From positions 1 through 53,907 of the forward strand of contig CAYOJL010000004.1 in assembly GCA_964404235.1 (NCBI GenBank): DNA of 53,907 bases, read 5' to 3'. Shown here one piece after another: positions 10,901 to 19,427 of the stretch; the first letter of the stretch is position 1, and the number at the start of each line of letters is the position of its first letter. The notes under the pieces are model-generated. The model searched no databases. It had not been told where the DNA came from and was given only the letters and a program-made list of their open reading frames with translations. The translations under genes were made by a program, and so were the position numbers. The DNA is from an uncultured bacterium (GTDB lineage: Bacteria > Fidelibacterota > Marinisomatia > Marinisomatales > UBA1611).

Positions 10901-11871
10901 AATTTGATCGTTTGTGTTGTATGATTCATCCCATCATATAATAGAAGTTTTCCTACTAGATTTGGCTTTATATCTAAAATGAGTTTTACCGTCTCAAGTG
11001 CTTGAATATTACCAATGATACCAGGCAACATTCCTAAGATACCTGCTTCTGAACAAGTCTCTGCACTTGATGGCTCAATTGGAAATAATTCACTGTATCC
11101 ACCACTACCATTTGCATTTAAAATTGCCACCTGACCTTCATACCTATATAGAGCACCATAGATCATGGGTATATTTGATCTCTTACATAATTTATCAACC
11201 AATTTTCTAGTTGAAATATTATCAGTCGCATCTATTACAACAGTTGCATCCTCAATAAGCTCAAAGCCATTGTCCTCATCTAAAAAAGAATGGACTGGTT
11301 CAATTAATGCCTCCTTGGATAGATTTTGTAGACTATCCTTAGCAGCATGAACCTTCATTCTTCCAATATCTTCAAATCCATATAATGGCTGTCGGTGAAG
11401 ATTGCTTAACTCCACGACATCTCCATCAATTATCCTTAGTGTTCTTATTCCACATGCAATAAGTGATTGAGCAACAGGACAGCCAAGTCCACCCATCCCT
11501 ACAATAACAACATTAGAATCCATTAATTTTTTTTGGCCTTCTAATCCAACCTCTTTCAGAATTGTTTGCCGAGACCACTGACTCATATCTCTTTTATCTG
11601 AATGGAAAGCATTCCACGCTTCGATTCCACCTAATAGACTAAAAGTATCCTTTAAATTATTTTCAATAATAATTCCCTCTGTAACAATTCCAAATTGGCA
11701 CATTAATACTAATTTATTATTTGTTTCTGGTAAAGAGCGTGCGTCTGCGACCACATGATCGACCCCTGTAATGGTGCAATTCTTTATCTGATCTACTTCA
11801 CGGATATCAACAGCTATAAAAGAATGATCATTATCGATCCAATTTTGTAATTCTTTTGGGGTAATGATCAT
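10897..11871 (-). CDS. moeB: Molybdopterin-synthase adenylyltransferase with an N-terminal rhodanese-like domain
   Basis: Residues from about 100 onward are a ThiF/MoeB E1 fold (SRQTILKEVGLEGQKKL...VVIVGMGGLGCP, ETCSEAGILG). Residues 1 to about 95 look rhodanese-like, with candidate active-site loop MCQFGIVT. Confidence 0.85.
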   Translation of the reverse strand: MIITPKELQNWIDNDHSFIAVDIREVDQIKNCTITGVDHVVADARSLPETNNKLVLMCQFGIVTEGIIIENNLKDTFSLLGGIEAWNAFHSDKRDMSQWSRQTILKEVGLEGQKKLMDSNVVIVGMGGLGCPVAQSLIACGIRTLRIIDGDVVELSNLHRQPLYGFEDIGRMKVHAAKDSLQNLSKEALIEPVHSFLDEDNGFELIEDATVVIDATDNISTRKLVDKLCKRSNIPMIYGALYRYEGQVAILNANGSGGYSELFPIEPSSAETCSEAGILGMLPGIIGNIQALETVKLILDIKPNLVGKLLLYDGMNHTTQTIKL

Positions 11872-13091
11872 TTGAGTTCAGCCCAAGGTAAAAGATTAAT
11901 CTGTATAGAATCTCCTTCTAAAAGATCGTCAGAACCTGGATCGGCTCCTAATATACAATTTGCACCTAATGCAGATGTTAGCATATGTGATCCAACCTTA
12001 GTGGATGGGCTGCATAATATTTTCCCTTTCTCTATCCAAGCATTGCCAAATAGATATCGAAATTTTATTTTATCTCTTTTGAAAGATTCTTTGAGGATCC
12101 CAATTAAATATGGATCTTCAAAATGCCCCATCATCTGTCCGACCACCGGCCAAACCCATTCCATAAATCCGATGAAAGAAGAAATAGGATTACCTGGCAG
12201 ACCAAAGATCAATTTATTTTTTTTTGATCCAAAAAAGAGTGGTTTACCTGGTTTTTGAGCAACTTTCCAAAAAGATTCCTTTACTCCTAGCTCCATGAAT
12301 ACGTCTCGTACATGATCATATCTCCCCATCGACACACCGCCAGAAGAAATGATCAGATCGCAATTTTCTAAAGCCTCTGATAAGTATGAGTGCAATGCGC
12401 TTTTATCATCTTTAACCACGTCTTGCATTACAACCTTTCCACCTGCTTTTCGAACTAGCTCTGAAAACATATAAAGATTAGAGTTATATATCTTACCCTC
12501 TTTTAATTTTTTACCTGGCTCTATCAACTCATTCCCAGTTGCAAAGATAGCAACCTTTGGTTGCTTTAAAACATTAATATTACTTTGACCAAATGCAGCA
12601 CAAACACTTAACTCACTTGGAGTAATACGTGTTCCTTTTTTGATCAGAATATCTCCTTTTTTGATCTCTTCTCCTTTTAATCGAATATTCTTTCCAGGAT
12701 AAACATCAGCCATTATTTCTATCATTTCATTATCCGAATATCCACTCGTCTGTTCAACCATGATAACTGCATCAGCTCCATTAGGTATCTTCGCACCTGT
12801 CATGCATTGAATACATTCCCCGGGTTTCAATTTAAGTGAGCTTGGAGATCCTGCTGCACTTGAACCAATATTTTTCAACGATACGGGAGTCTGTTGAGAA
12901 GCTTCATGTGTGTCACTTGAACGCACAGCAAAACCATCCATGGCTGAGTTATCAAATCTTGGAGAAGGAAATGTCGCTATTACATCGTGGTCAATGATTC
13001 GGCCACTTGAATCACTTAATAAGATCCTCTCCGAATCTAATTGAAAGATATGTTCAGATATGATCCCTTTTGCCTTTTGAACAGATATCAA
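11868..13091 (-). CDS. moeA: Molybdopterin molybdenumtransferase
   Basis: FDNSAMDGFAV motif and MoeA length and domain order. Confidence 0.93.
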   Translation of the reverse strand: MISVQKAKGIISEHIFQLDSERILLSDSSGRIIDHDVIATFPSPRFDNSAMDGFAVRSSDTHEASQQTPVSLKNIGSSAAGSPSSLKLKPGECIQCMTGAKIPNGADAVIMVEQTSGYSDNEMIEIMADVYPGKNIRLKGEEIKKGDILIKKGTRITPSELSVCAAFGQSNINVLKQPKVAIFATGNELIEPGKKLKEGKIYNSNLYMFSELVRKAGGKVVMQDVVKDDKSALHSYLSEALENCDLIISSGGVSMGRYDHVRDVFMELGVKESFWKVAQKPGKPLFFGSKKNKLIFGLPGNPISSFIGFMEWVWPVVGQMMGHFEDPYLIGILKESFKRDKIKFRYLFGNAWIEKGKILCSPSTKVGSHMLTSALGANCILGADPGSDDLLEGDSIQINLLPWAELK

Positions 13092-13828
13092 AACATTTTC
13101 CCTAATAAAAATATAATCGCGATCAGAATGATAATCCCCATGATCTTTTGTATACTGTTTGGGTCATATTTGGTTGCACCAAAATATGAGCCAAGAGATC
13201 CTCCAATAATAACAGATAGAACAGAAGGCAGGATCATATCATATTCAAATCGTAAATACTGATAGCGTGCAGCTAGACCAGCAAAAGAATTTGAACAAAC
13301 AAAAATTGTACCTGCTGCTGCAGCTTCTTTCTCTGATCCTAATCCTAAGATAATTATAAGTGGAATAAGATATATTCCCCCTCCGATACCAATTGCTCCT
13401 GCAATAAATCCAAGTAATGAACCAATAGATATAATTGCGAACCATTTTTGTACTTTGGTTAATTGAACGGAAAGCACAAGATCATTCATGATATAAATTC
13501 TTATTGCAATAAGTATGAGCGTTATTAAAAGAATGATCTGAAAAATAAATTCATTTAATGTTATTGACCCTGCAAAATATGCCATGGGAATAGATGTTAT
13601 TAAAAATGGGAAGACCAGACTAGATCTACCATATCCAAACCGCCAAAAATTGACCATCCCAAAAAATGTTACTAAAAGATTGAGCGTTAACGATATAGGA
13701 GGTATGATCTGATAACTGACTCCAGAGATCGCCATAATTGCTGTGTATGAAGATCCACCACCCAGCCCTACACTCGAATAAATAAATGAAACAAAGAAAA
13801 AGGAAAATGGAATGAGATATTCCATCAA
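13088..13828 (-). CDS. TauE/SafE-family (DUF81) anion permease
   Basis: SSVGLGGGSSY and AIGIGGGIYLIPL repeat motifs, about 8 TM helices. It has 4-nt overlaps with both neighbouring Moco genes. Confidence 0.8.
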   Translation of the reverse strand: MMEYLIPFSFFFVSFIYSSVGLGGGSSYTAIMAISGVSYQIIPPISLTLNLLVTFFGMVNFWRFGYGRSSLVFPFLITSIPMAYFAGSITLNEFIFQIILLITLILIAIRIYIMNDLVLSVQLTKVQKWFAIISIGSLLGFIAGAIGIGGGIYLIPLIIILGLGSEKEAAAAGTIFVCSNSFAGLAARYQYLRFEYDMILPSVLSVIIGGSLGSYFGATKYDPNSIQKIMGIIILIAIIFLLGKMF

Positions 13829-14766
13829 TGTTTTTCACCTTTGATCATATGGAATGAATGGAATATAGTGGGGATCAACACATTTAATGCATCTTTTGCA
13901 GCACCCTTGCTTCCAGGTAAGCAGATCACAATCGTATCCTTGATCACACCAGCAGTTAACCGTGAAAGCATAGCTGTTTTTACTTTATTACGTCCATACG
14001 CATGAAGAGCTTGTTCAACACCAGGTAGTTTAGAATCGAACATTCCATCTAATACTTTTATTGTAAGGTCTCGCTCACCAAGACCTGTACCTCCAGTAGT
14101 AACGATCAATTCAACACCATCATCGATCCAATCGTTTATCAAAGGCACTAATTCCTCTGAACCATCTGGCAATACTTTTTGATGGTCTACATTACACCCT
14201 GACCCAATGAACCCTTCTATGAGTAGTGGCCCTGAAACATCCTTATTTTTTCCTGCTGACACACTATCACTTAATGTGATAACACCAACCTTTGGACGAT
14301 ATTCAGTAGAATATGTAGATCTTCCTCCTTCTTTTTCTAGGAGTTGTATATCCTTGACCACCATGGTCTTATCAATGGACTTACACATATCATAAATCGT
14401 TAGAGCAGCATTTGAAACAGCAGACAGGGCTTCCATTTCAACGCCTGTTGCTTCCTTGGTCTTTACCGTTGATCTAATAGATATATGATCCGGCATGATT
14501 GAGAATTCTATATCCACATAGGAAAGATTTAACTGGTGACACATAGGAATAAGCTCTGCTGTCTTTTTAGCCGCTTGTATACCAGCTATCTTTGCGGTAG
14601 TGAACACATTACCTTTTGGAAGCTCATCATCTTGTATTGCTGCAATGGTCTCGTGTTTCATAAAGATCATTCCTTCTGCTTTCGCGATTCGTAAGGCATT
14701 GATCTTATCTGTTACATCTACCATTCGCACATTTCCTTTTTTATCTAAATGAGAAAGATCACTCAT
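13825..14766 (-). CDS. moaC: Bifunctional MoaC (cyclic pyranopterin monophosphate synthase) / MoaB-Mog-type domain fusion
   Basis: The N-terminal half is MoaC-like (MVDVTDK...IPMCHQL...GVEMEAL). The C-terminal half is a MogA/MoaB fold (VGVITLSDS...TTGGTGLGERD). Confidence 0.9.
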   Translation of the reverse strand: MSDLSHLDKKGNVRMVDVTDKINALRIAKAEGMIFMKHETIAAIQDDELPKGNVFTTAKIAGIQAAKKTAELIPMCHQLNLSYVDIEFSIMPDHISIRSTVKTKEATGVEMEALSAVSNAALTIYDMCKSIDKTMVVKDIQLLEKEGGRSTYSTEYRPKVGVITLSDSVSAGKNKDVSGPLLIEGFIGSGCNVDHQKVLPDGSEELVPLINDWIDDGVELIVTTGGTGLGERDLTIKVLDGMFDSKLPGVEQALHAYGRNKVKTAMLSRLTAGVIKDTIVICLPGSKGAAKDALNVLIPTIFHSFHMIKGEKH

Positions 14767-14769
14767 TAA

Positions 14770-15816
14770 CTAACCTCCTATCTGGGTCATGGATTCCCTG
14801 CTTTCATTCCCTTGACGCTGAGCAGTCCAACCATCGATCATTTTTTCACCCATTGCTTTACGTATCATATCTTTGATCAGGTCATTAGAAAGGCCTTGGC
14901 GAATTGCATCTCTAATATTTGTTTCTATTTTACTGTATAAACAGTTTAATAGTTTTCCATCTGCTGTAATTCTAATTCTATTGCATTTTGCACATAGAGT
15001 GCGTGTATATGAAGGAATCACTGCTACTCGCCCTTTATATCCTTCAATTTGGAATATGTGGTGTTCAGTGCTAGAGCCAGATATCGGTCTTAATAGTTTG
15101 ATATTTGCTCTCAGGTCAGCTAAGATCCTATCAGCACTATAATATTTTCCTGTTCGCCATATCTGATGTGAATCAAATGGCATTAGTTCAATAAATCGTA
15201 CTGTAATGTCATTCGTCTTGGTCAATTCAACGAAATCAAGGATCTCATCTTCGTTAAAATCTCTCATAGCAACTACATTCACTTTAATATTCTCTATATT
15301 AGACAAGACAGCCTCATTCAATCCTTTCATAACATTCTGAAATTCATCACGACGTGTGATCTTTTTAAATTTCTCAGCATCCAAGGTATCAAGGCTGATA
15401 TTAATTCCGGTTAGACCTGCCTGTTGAAGTTGATCTATATACTTTGATAATAGAAGCCCGTTTGTGGTGATATGGACTGATTCAAAAATTGATCTTTTCG
15501 ATGAGTATTCGATCAGATCTATAATATCCTTACGTAATAGAGGCTCACCTCCTGTAAAACGGACCTTATTTACGCCTAGGTCTGACATGATCTGCAAAAT
15601 ATTTTTTATTTCAGTTGTGGATAAGAGTTGATCCTGCCCAAGAAAAGACACACCTTCTTCAGGCATGCAATAGACGCACCTTAGATTACAATGCTCATTT
15701 ACTGCTAGCCTGAGATAATTGAAAGTTCTACCGAAATGATCGGTGATGGGTGGGTCCAAGGATATACCTTGGTTGGCCGCCAATGGGTGGATATGTGTAT
15801 TATTTTCTTTTCTCAT
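14770..15816 (-). CDS. moaA: GTP 3',8-cyclase (radical SAM)
   Basis: CNLRCVYCMP radical-SAM motif, a C-terminal CAKCNRIR second cluster, and it ends in GG. Confidence 0.95.
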   Translation of the reverse strand: MRKENNTHIHPLAANQGISLDPPITDHFGRTFNYLRLAVNEHCNLRCVYCMPEEGVSFLGQDQLLSTTEIKNILQIMSDLGVNKVRFTGGEPLLRKDIIDLIEYSSKRSIFESVHITTNGLLLSKYIDQLQQAGLTGINISLDTLDAEKFKKITRRDEFQNVMKGLNEAVLSNIENIKVNVVAMRDFNEDEILDFVELTKTNDITVRFIELMPFDSHQIWRTGKYYSADRILADLRANIKLLRPISGSSTEHHIFQIEGYKGRVAVIPSYTRTLCAKCNRIRITADGKLLNCLYSKIETNIRDAIRQGLSNDLIKDMIRKAMGEKMIDGWTAQRQGNESRESMTQIGG

Positions 15817-15834
15817 TCCAAGTCATTCTGTTTT

Positions 15835-15925
15835 TTTAGAAATCGGGAGCAGATCCTAACGTTTCCATGAGAACCGTATCGGCCTCGAGCCATATCCAAA
15901 TCATTATGGACTTAGGCTCTTTGGC
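15835..15925 (-). promoter_or_regulatory. Candidate Moco (molybdenum cofactor) riboswitch in the moaA leader
   Basis: The intergenic region upstream of moaA is 206 nt. The minus strand reads ...AGAGCC-hairpin-GGCUCGAGGCCGAUACGGUUCUCAUGGAAACGUUAGGAUCUGCUCCCGA. From memory this resembles the conserved CUCCGAGCC / GGAAAC / GCCUCCC blocks of the Moco RNA motif, and the stems are nested. Confidence 0.5.
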
Positions 15926-16022
15926 TAAGAGAAGATTATTGGTTTAAATCTATTGCTTTAATTTTCTATAAACAATATCAGCTATTTTATTATTTATTGT
16001 AAATAAGACAAACCTAGATTGT

Positions 16023-17654
16023 TCATGTGATATTAGGCTTGGTCCTTAGCTTGGGTAAAAAATACAATCCGAAACAAATAACTATTTCAAATGCAATAAA
16101 AATAAAAAGATTTCTAGCAACACCATCATCAAATCCATAACTGTGTAGACCCACTTGAAGAAGATTGACACCAAACCAGGCAAGTGCAACAATAATATTA
16201 TTTAAGCCCATACCCAAAGCAAACTCTGAACGCTTTGCAATACCAGAAAGGCGCATATGGATCATCATTAATTGCCATAGTACAATAAGCAATGCTCCAT
16301 TTTCCTTTGGGTCCCAGCCCCAAAATCTTCCCCATGACTGATCGGCCCAGATACCACCCAATATCGTTCCAAATAATGTAAAGAATAATGCAACAAGCGT
16401 TATTCCATATAAATTATTAAAAATACTCTTTAGCCGTGGTTCATCCTTAGGATACCTTAATGACTGAAGTAGATACAAGTGTGCTACGCAGCCTGCCATA
16501 AGAGAAGCGCCATAACCCATCGTAATGGTCGTGACATGGGTTGCTAACCAAAAATTCGAGTTCAAGACAGCAACTAACATACCTAAAGTATCACCATCAG
16601 ATGCATAGCTAAATCCAATATAATGAAATAACGATCCAGTGACAGTCCCTATGAAGATTCCAAGACCATCTTTCCGAAAATATTCTAAAATAAGCGAGAA
16701 TATTATTATGATAAATGAAACAAAAATAATTGATTCATATAAAGTTGAGACCGGTGGTCTTCCCATGATCAACATCCTAAGAATTATTCCATATCCATGG
16801 AGTAGAGCCCCAGATACTAACAATACAAAAGAGATCCTATTTAGCCATAATGGCTGGGTCATCCAACTTAAAGCTAGAATAATAAAGGCCATTATATAAC
16901 ACCCTAAACTTATATAAAAAAGGTTGACCTTATTCATCCAAGTCTCTTTTTCCAATGTATCAATTTCAAAATCTTTATTAGGGAATGATCTAAGAGCATT
17001 CTCATAATCCATTAGCGCTATTCGCATTGTTTGTTCTTCTCCAGCCAGTCTACCTGCCAAATAGCTCTGAAGTGAACCCAATAATTTTTCTTGTGACTGA
17101 TCCATTGGCATACCAGTTAGAATAAAATCATATGGTGACAACCATTCGTCACTACTATCCTTATTCCCCGGCGGTATCAGTTTTAATGCTTTTAAATAGC
17201 TGATCTCTTCAAAACGCAAAGCATTCCTGCTAAGCTCTAAAAGCTGTTTTTCAAATACCGTTCTATTTTCATTTGGCTTTTGATCTATGCCTGCAAGCAT
17301 TGCAGATTGACCAGTGAGCCCTGGTGCAATTTCATTAAAACTATATTTATGCTCTGTGCTCCACTCAAGTAAGAGACTCGTTATTACATCTGGATTTCTT
17401 ACGTTAAAGATCTTTTGTTTTCTTCCATTATGTGGATCTAGGATCAAATTCATAAGCCAGTCAGTTGCTGTAAGGTCTAATTCTTTAATAGACCTTTTAC
17501 CATAGAATGCTAATAGGTGGTTACGGGCGAAAGTATCTAAAGGCTTTATCCGGCCTTCATCTTGAACTGGGATGTCTTTTATCTCAAATCCAGAAGCTAC
17601 CTGAACAAAGATGATAATCAATAAATAAAATATAGATCTAACGAATGAATTCAT
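16023..17654 (-). CDS. ccsA: Cytochrome c biogenesis protein CcsA/ResC (System II haem handling)
   Basis: WGRFWGWDPKENGALLIVLW tryptophan-rich haem-handling motif, with a large N-terminal periplasmic region. Confidence 0.9.
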   Translation of the reverse strand: MNSFVRSIFYLLIIIFVQVASGFEIKDIPVQDEGRIKPLDTFARNHLLAFYGKRSIKELDLTATDWLMNLILDPHNGRKQKIFNVRNPDVITSLLLEWSTEHKYSFNEIAPGLTGQSAMLAGIDQKPNENRTVFEKQLLELSRNALRFEEISYLKALKLIPPGNKDSSDEWLSPYDFILTGMPMDQSQEKLLGSLQSYLAGRLAGEEQTMRIALMDYENALRSFPNKDFEIDTLEKETWMNKVNLFYISLGCYIMAFIILALSWMTQPLWLNRISFVLLVSGALLHGYGIILRMLIMGRPPVSTLYESIIFVSFIIIIFSLILEYFRKDGLGIFIGTVTGSLFHYIGFSYASDGDTLGMLVAVLNSNFWLATHVTTITMGYGASLMAGCVAHLYLLQSLRYPKDEPRLKSIFNNLYGITLVALFFTLFGTILGGIWADQSWGRFWGWDPKENGALLIVLWQLMMIHMRLSGIAKRSEFALGMGLNNIIVALAWFGVNLLQVGLHSYGFDDGVARNLFIFIAFEIVICFGLYFLPKLRTKPNIT

Positions 17655-18781
17655 TTAGATCTCTTTGAAGTTCTTTTAAGCATTTTAGGCAGATTGAATA
17701 AAAGATGTATCAATAAACCAATGCTCATTATAATACTTGAAATATATGGGAACATTCTACCATAATTCTTTACCGTTGCTAAGACGGTGGTCTCCTTATC
17801 TAGCCCTTCTACAAAGGACGCTTGGTAAAAGGTATATCCTTTATGCCTAAGTGGTTCATTCATTTGGATAAGGACTCTACGCGGGATCTTATCTTCAATC
17901 AAATTGACCTCTGAGCTGAAACTTTTTGCAACATTTGTACCAGGGTGCATAACCTTTTTAAAATCTAAAAGCTCAATAGCAAATGGTAGATAGGTTCTTT
18001 TTCTTCGAAACTCAGCAAAAAATAATTCACCACCTATCTCAAATGTATCTGGGACTCTTTGTCCTAAGAATGCACCATAAATACCATCAGTTTCTTTACC
18101 GGTTCCAGCTAATTTAAAAATTAATCCTGGACGATTTTGAGTATTCTCTTTATCTGGCTGTTTTGGAATAATTACAAAATCATCTAGAAATCCCTTATAG
18201 ATCGAATCAGCTGGAGATATCCTACTCTCAATTCTCACATTCTTTATATGGTCTATAATATCAATTTGAATCCCAAGTTTATCATATTTTATGCTACTCC
18301 CTTCACCCAATAATGGAGCATCAAAAATAGTATATTCCAAACTATCCTCAAGAGAAGTATTTACAAAGGCAAGCTCCATATCATGGTAATCATCTACATG
18401 ATCAGAGCTTTCTCCCTCTTTAATGACCATATTCCCTTCTGCACTGAACTTTGCCGTAATACCACCTCCTATCAACAGCAGTAAACCGCCTACATGAACA
18501 ATGATTATACCCAATTTTTTCATTTTCCATAGATTCTTATTAAATAGGCTTGATGCTAGATTGATCGTCATAATAATAATTGTGATCCTACCACCAGGAA
18601 GAGGTAAAAAACCGGCAAAGAGAAAATAATAAGATGAAAAATACTTTACTTGTGAAGCATACAGTCCTACATCTTTTTGAGCGATCGTGCCAAAAAATAC
18701 AAGTACGATCAACCATACAACCGTGTATGAGAATACTTTTGGACTACTAATGAACTTTATCAATTGTTTTATATCACTCAT
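17651..18781 (-). CDS. ccsB: Cytochrome c biogenesis protein ResB/CcsB
   Basis: ResB layout: N-terminal TM helices, a large loop, then MNEPLRHKGYTFYQASF and a C-terminal TM helix. It has a 4-nt overlap with ccsA. Confidence 0.85.
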   Translation of the reverse strand: MSDIKQLIKFISSPKVFSYTVVWLIVLVFFGTIAQKDVGLYASQVKYFSSYYFLFAGFLPLPGGRITIIIMTINLASSLFNKNLWKMKKLGIIIVHVGGLLLLIGGGITAKFSAEGNMVIKEGESSDHVDDYHDMELAFVNTSLEDSLEYTIFDAPLLGEGSSIKYDKLGIQIDIIDHIKNVRIESRISPADSIYKGFLDDFVIIPKQPDKENTQNRPGLIFKLAGTGKETDGIYGAFLGQRVPDTFEIGGELFFAEFRRKRTYLPFAIELLDFKKVMHPGTNVAKSFSSEVNLIEDKIPRRVLIQMNEPLRHKGYTFYQASFVEGLDKETTVLATVKNYGRMFPYISSIIMSIGLLIHLLFNLPKMLKRTSKRSK

Positions 18782-19329
18782 TCCGGTATATATATAGATT
18801 CACAGAATGATCTGAATTCAGATTCGATCTCACTTATCCCACCACCATTGATCGAAAGCTTCACGAAAACCGTTCTATCTTTAAGTTGAAAGATCGAAGC
18901 AAGTATCGCATTCTCTTTCTGATACTCATTGATCAATTTGAAATATTGATAATCACCTAACTTTCCTCGGCTAGTTAAAGAAAGTTTTTGAATTTCAATT
19001 AAAGATAATGGTTCCAATTCAATCTGGCCAAGCCAACGGTTCACATTTGCCTCTACACCACCACTTATTCCAGAAAAAGTTGTGATCGATAGGTCACCTT
19101 TCCCTTTTGTGGTTGGAACACTAAAACTAGCTAACCTCATAGAATGCCCCTGTACTTCGGTCCACATTTCAGGTGTTTCCCATTTTAAGATAAACTCATT
19201 CTTATCCTTTATAGTATTATCCAAGGGTTGCTCTTGTTTCGGTAAACGGTATGTACGAATATGATCTCCTGAATCGCAGGACATAATAAATAGCGTGTAA
19301 GATAAGAGAATGATTATGATCTTGTACAA
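18778..19329 (-). CDS. Lipoprotein of unknown function
   Basis: The signal peptide ends in a lipobox (LFIMSC). There is a 4-nt overlap with ccsB. I recognise no motif. Confidence 0.55.
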   Translation of the reverse strand: MYKIIIILLSYTLFIMSCDSGDHIRTYRLPKQEQPLDNTIKDKNEFILKWETPEMWTEVQGHSMRLASFSVPTTKGKGDLSITTFSGISGGVEANVNRWLGQIELEPLSLIEIQKLSLTSRGKLGDYQYFKLINEYQKENAILASIFQLKDRTVFVKLSINGGGISEIESEFRSFCESIYIPE

Positions 19330-19427
19330 AATGGAGCTCTATTTAACTAGTAGAAATTTGCGATCGATCCAGAGTTTAGTTCAAATTACTTTTTATCTTA
19401 GGGATATAACGAACAATAAGAATTATA

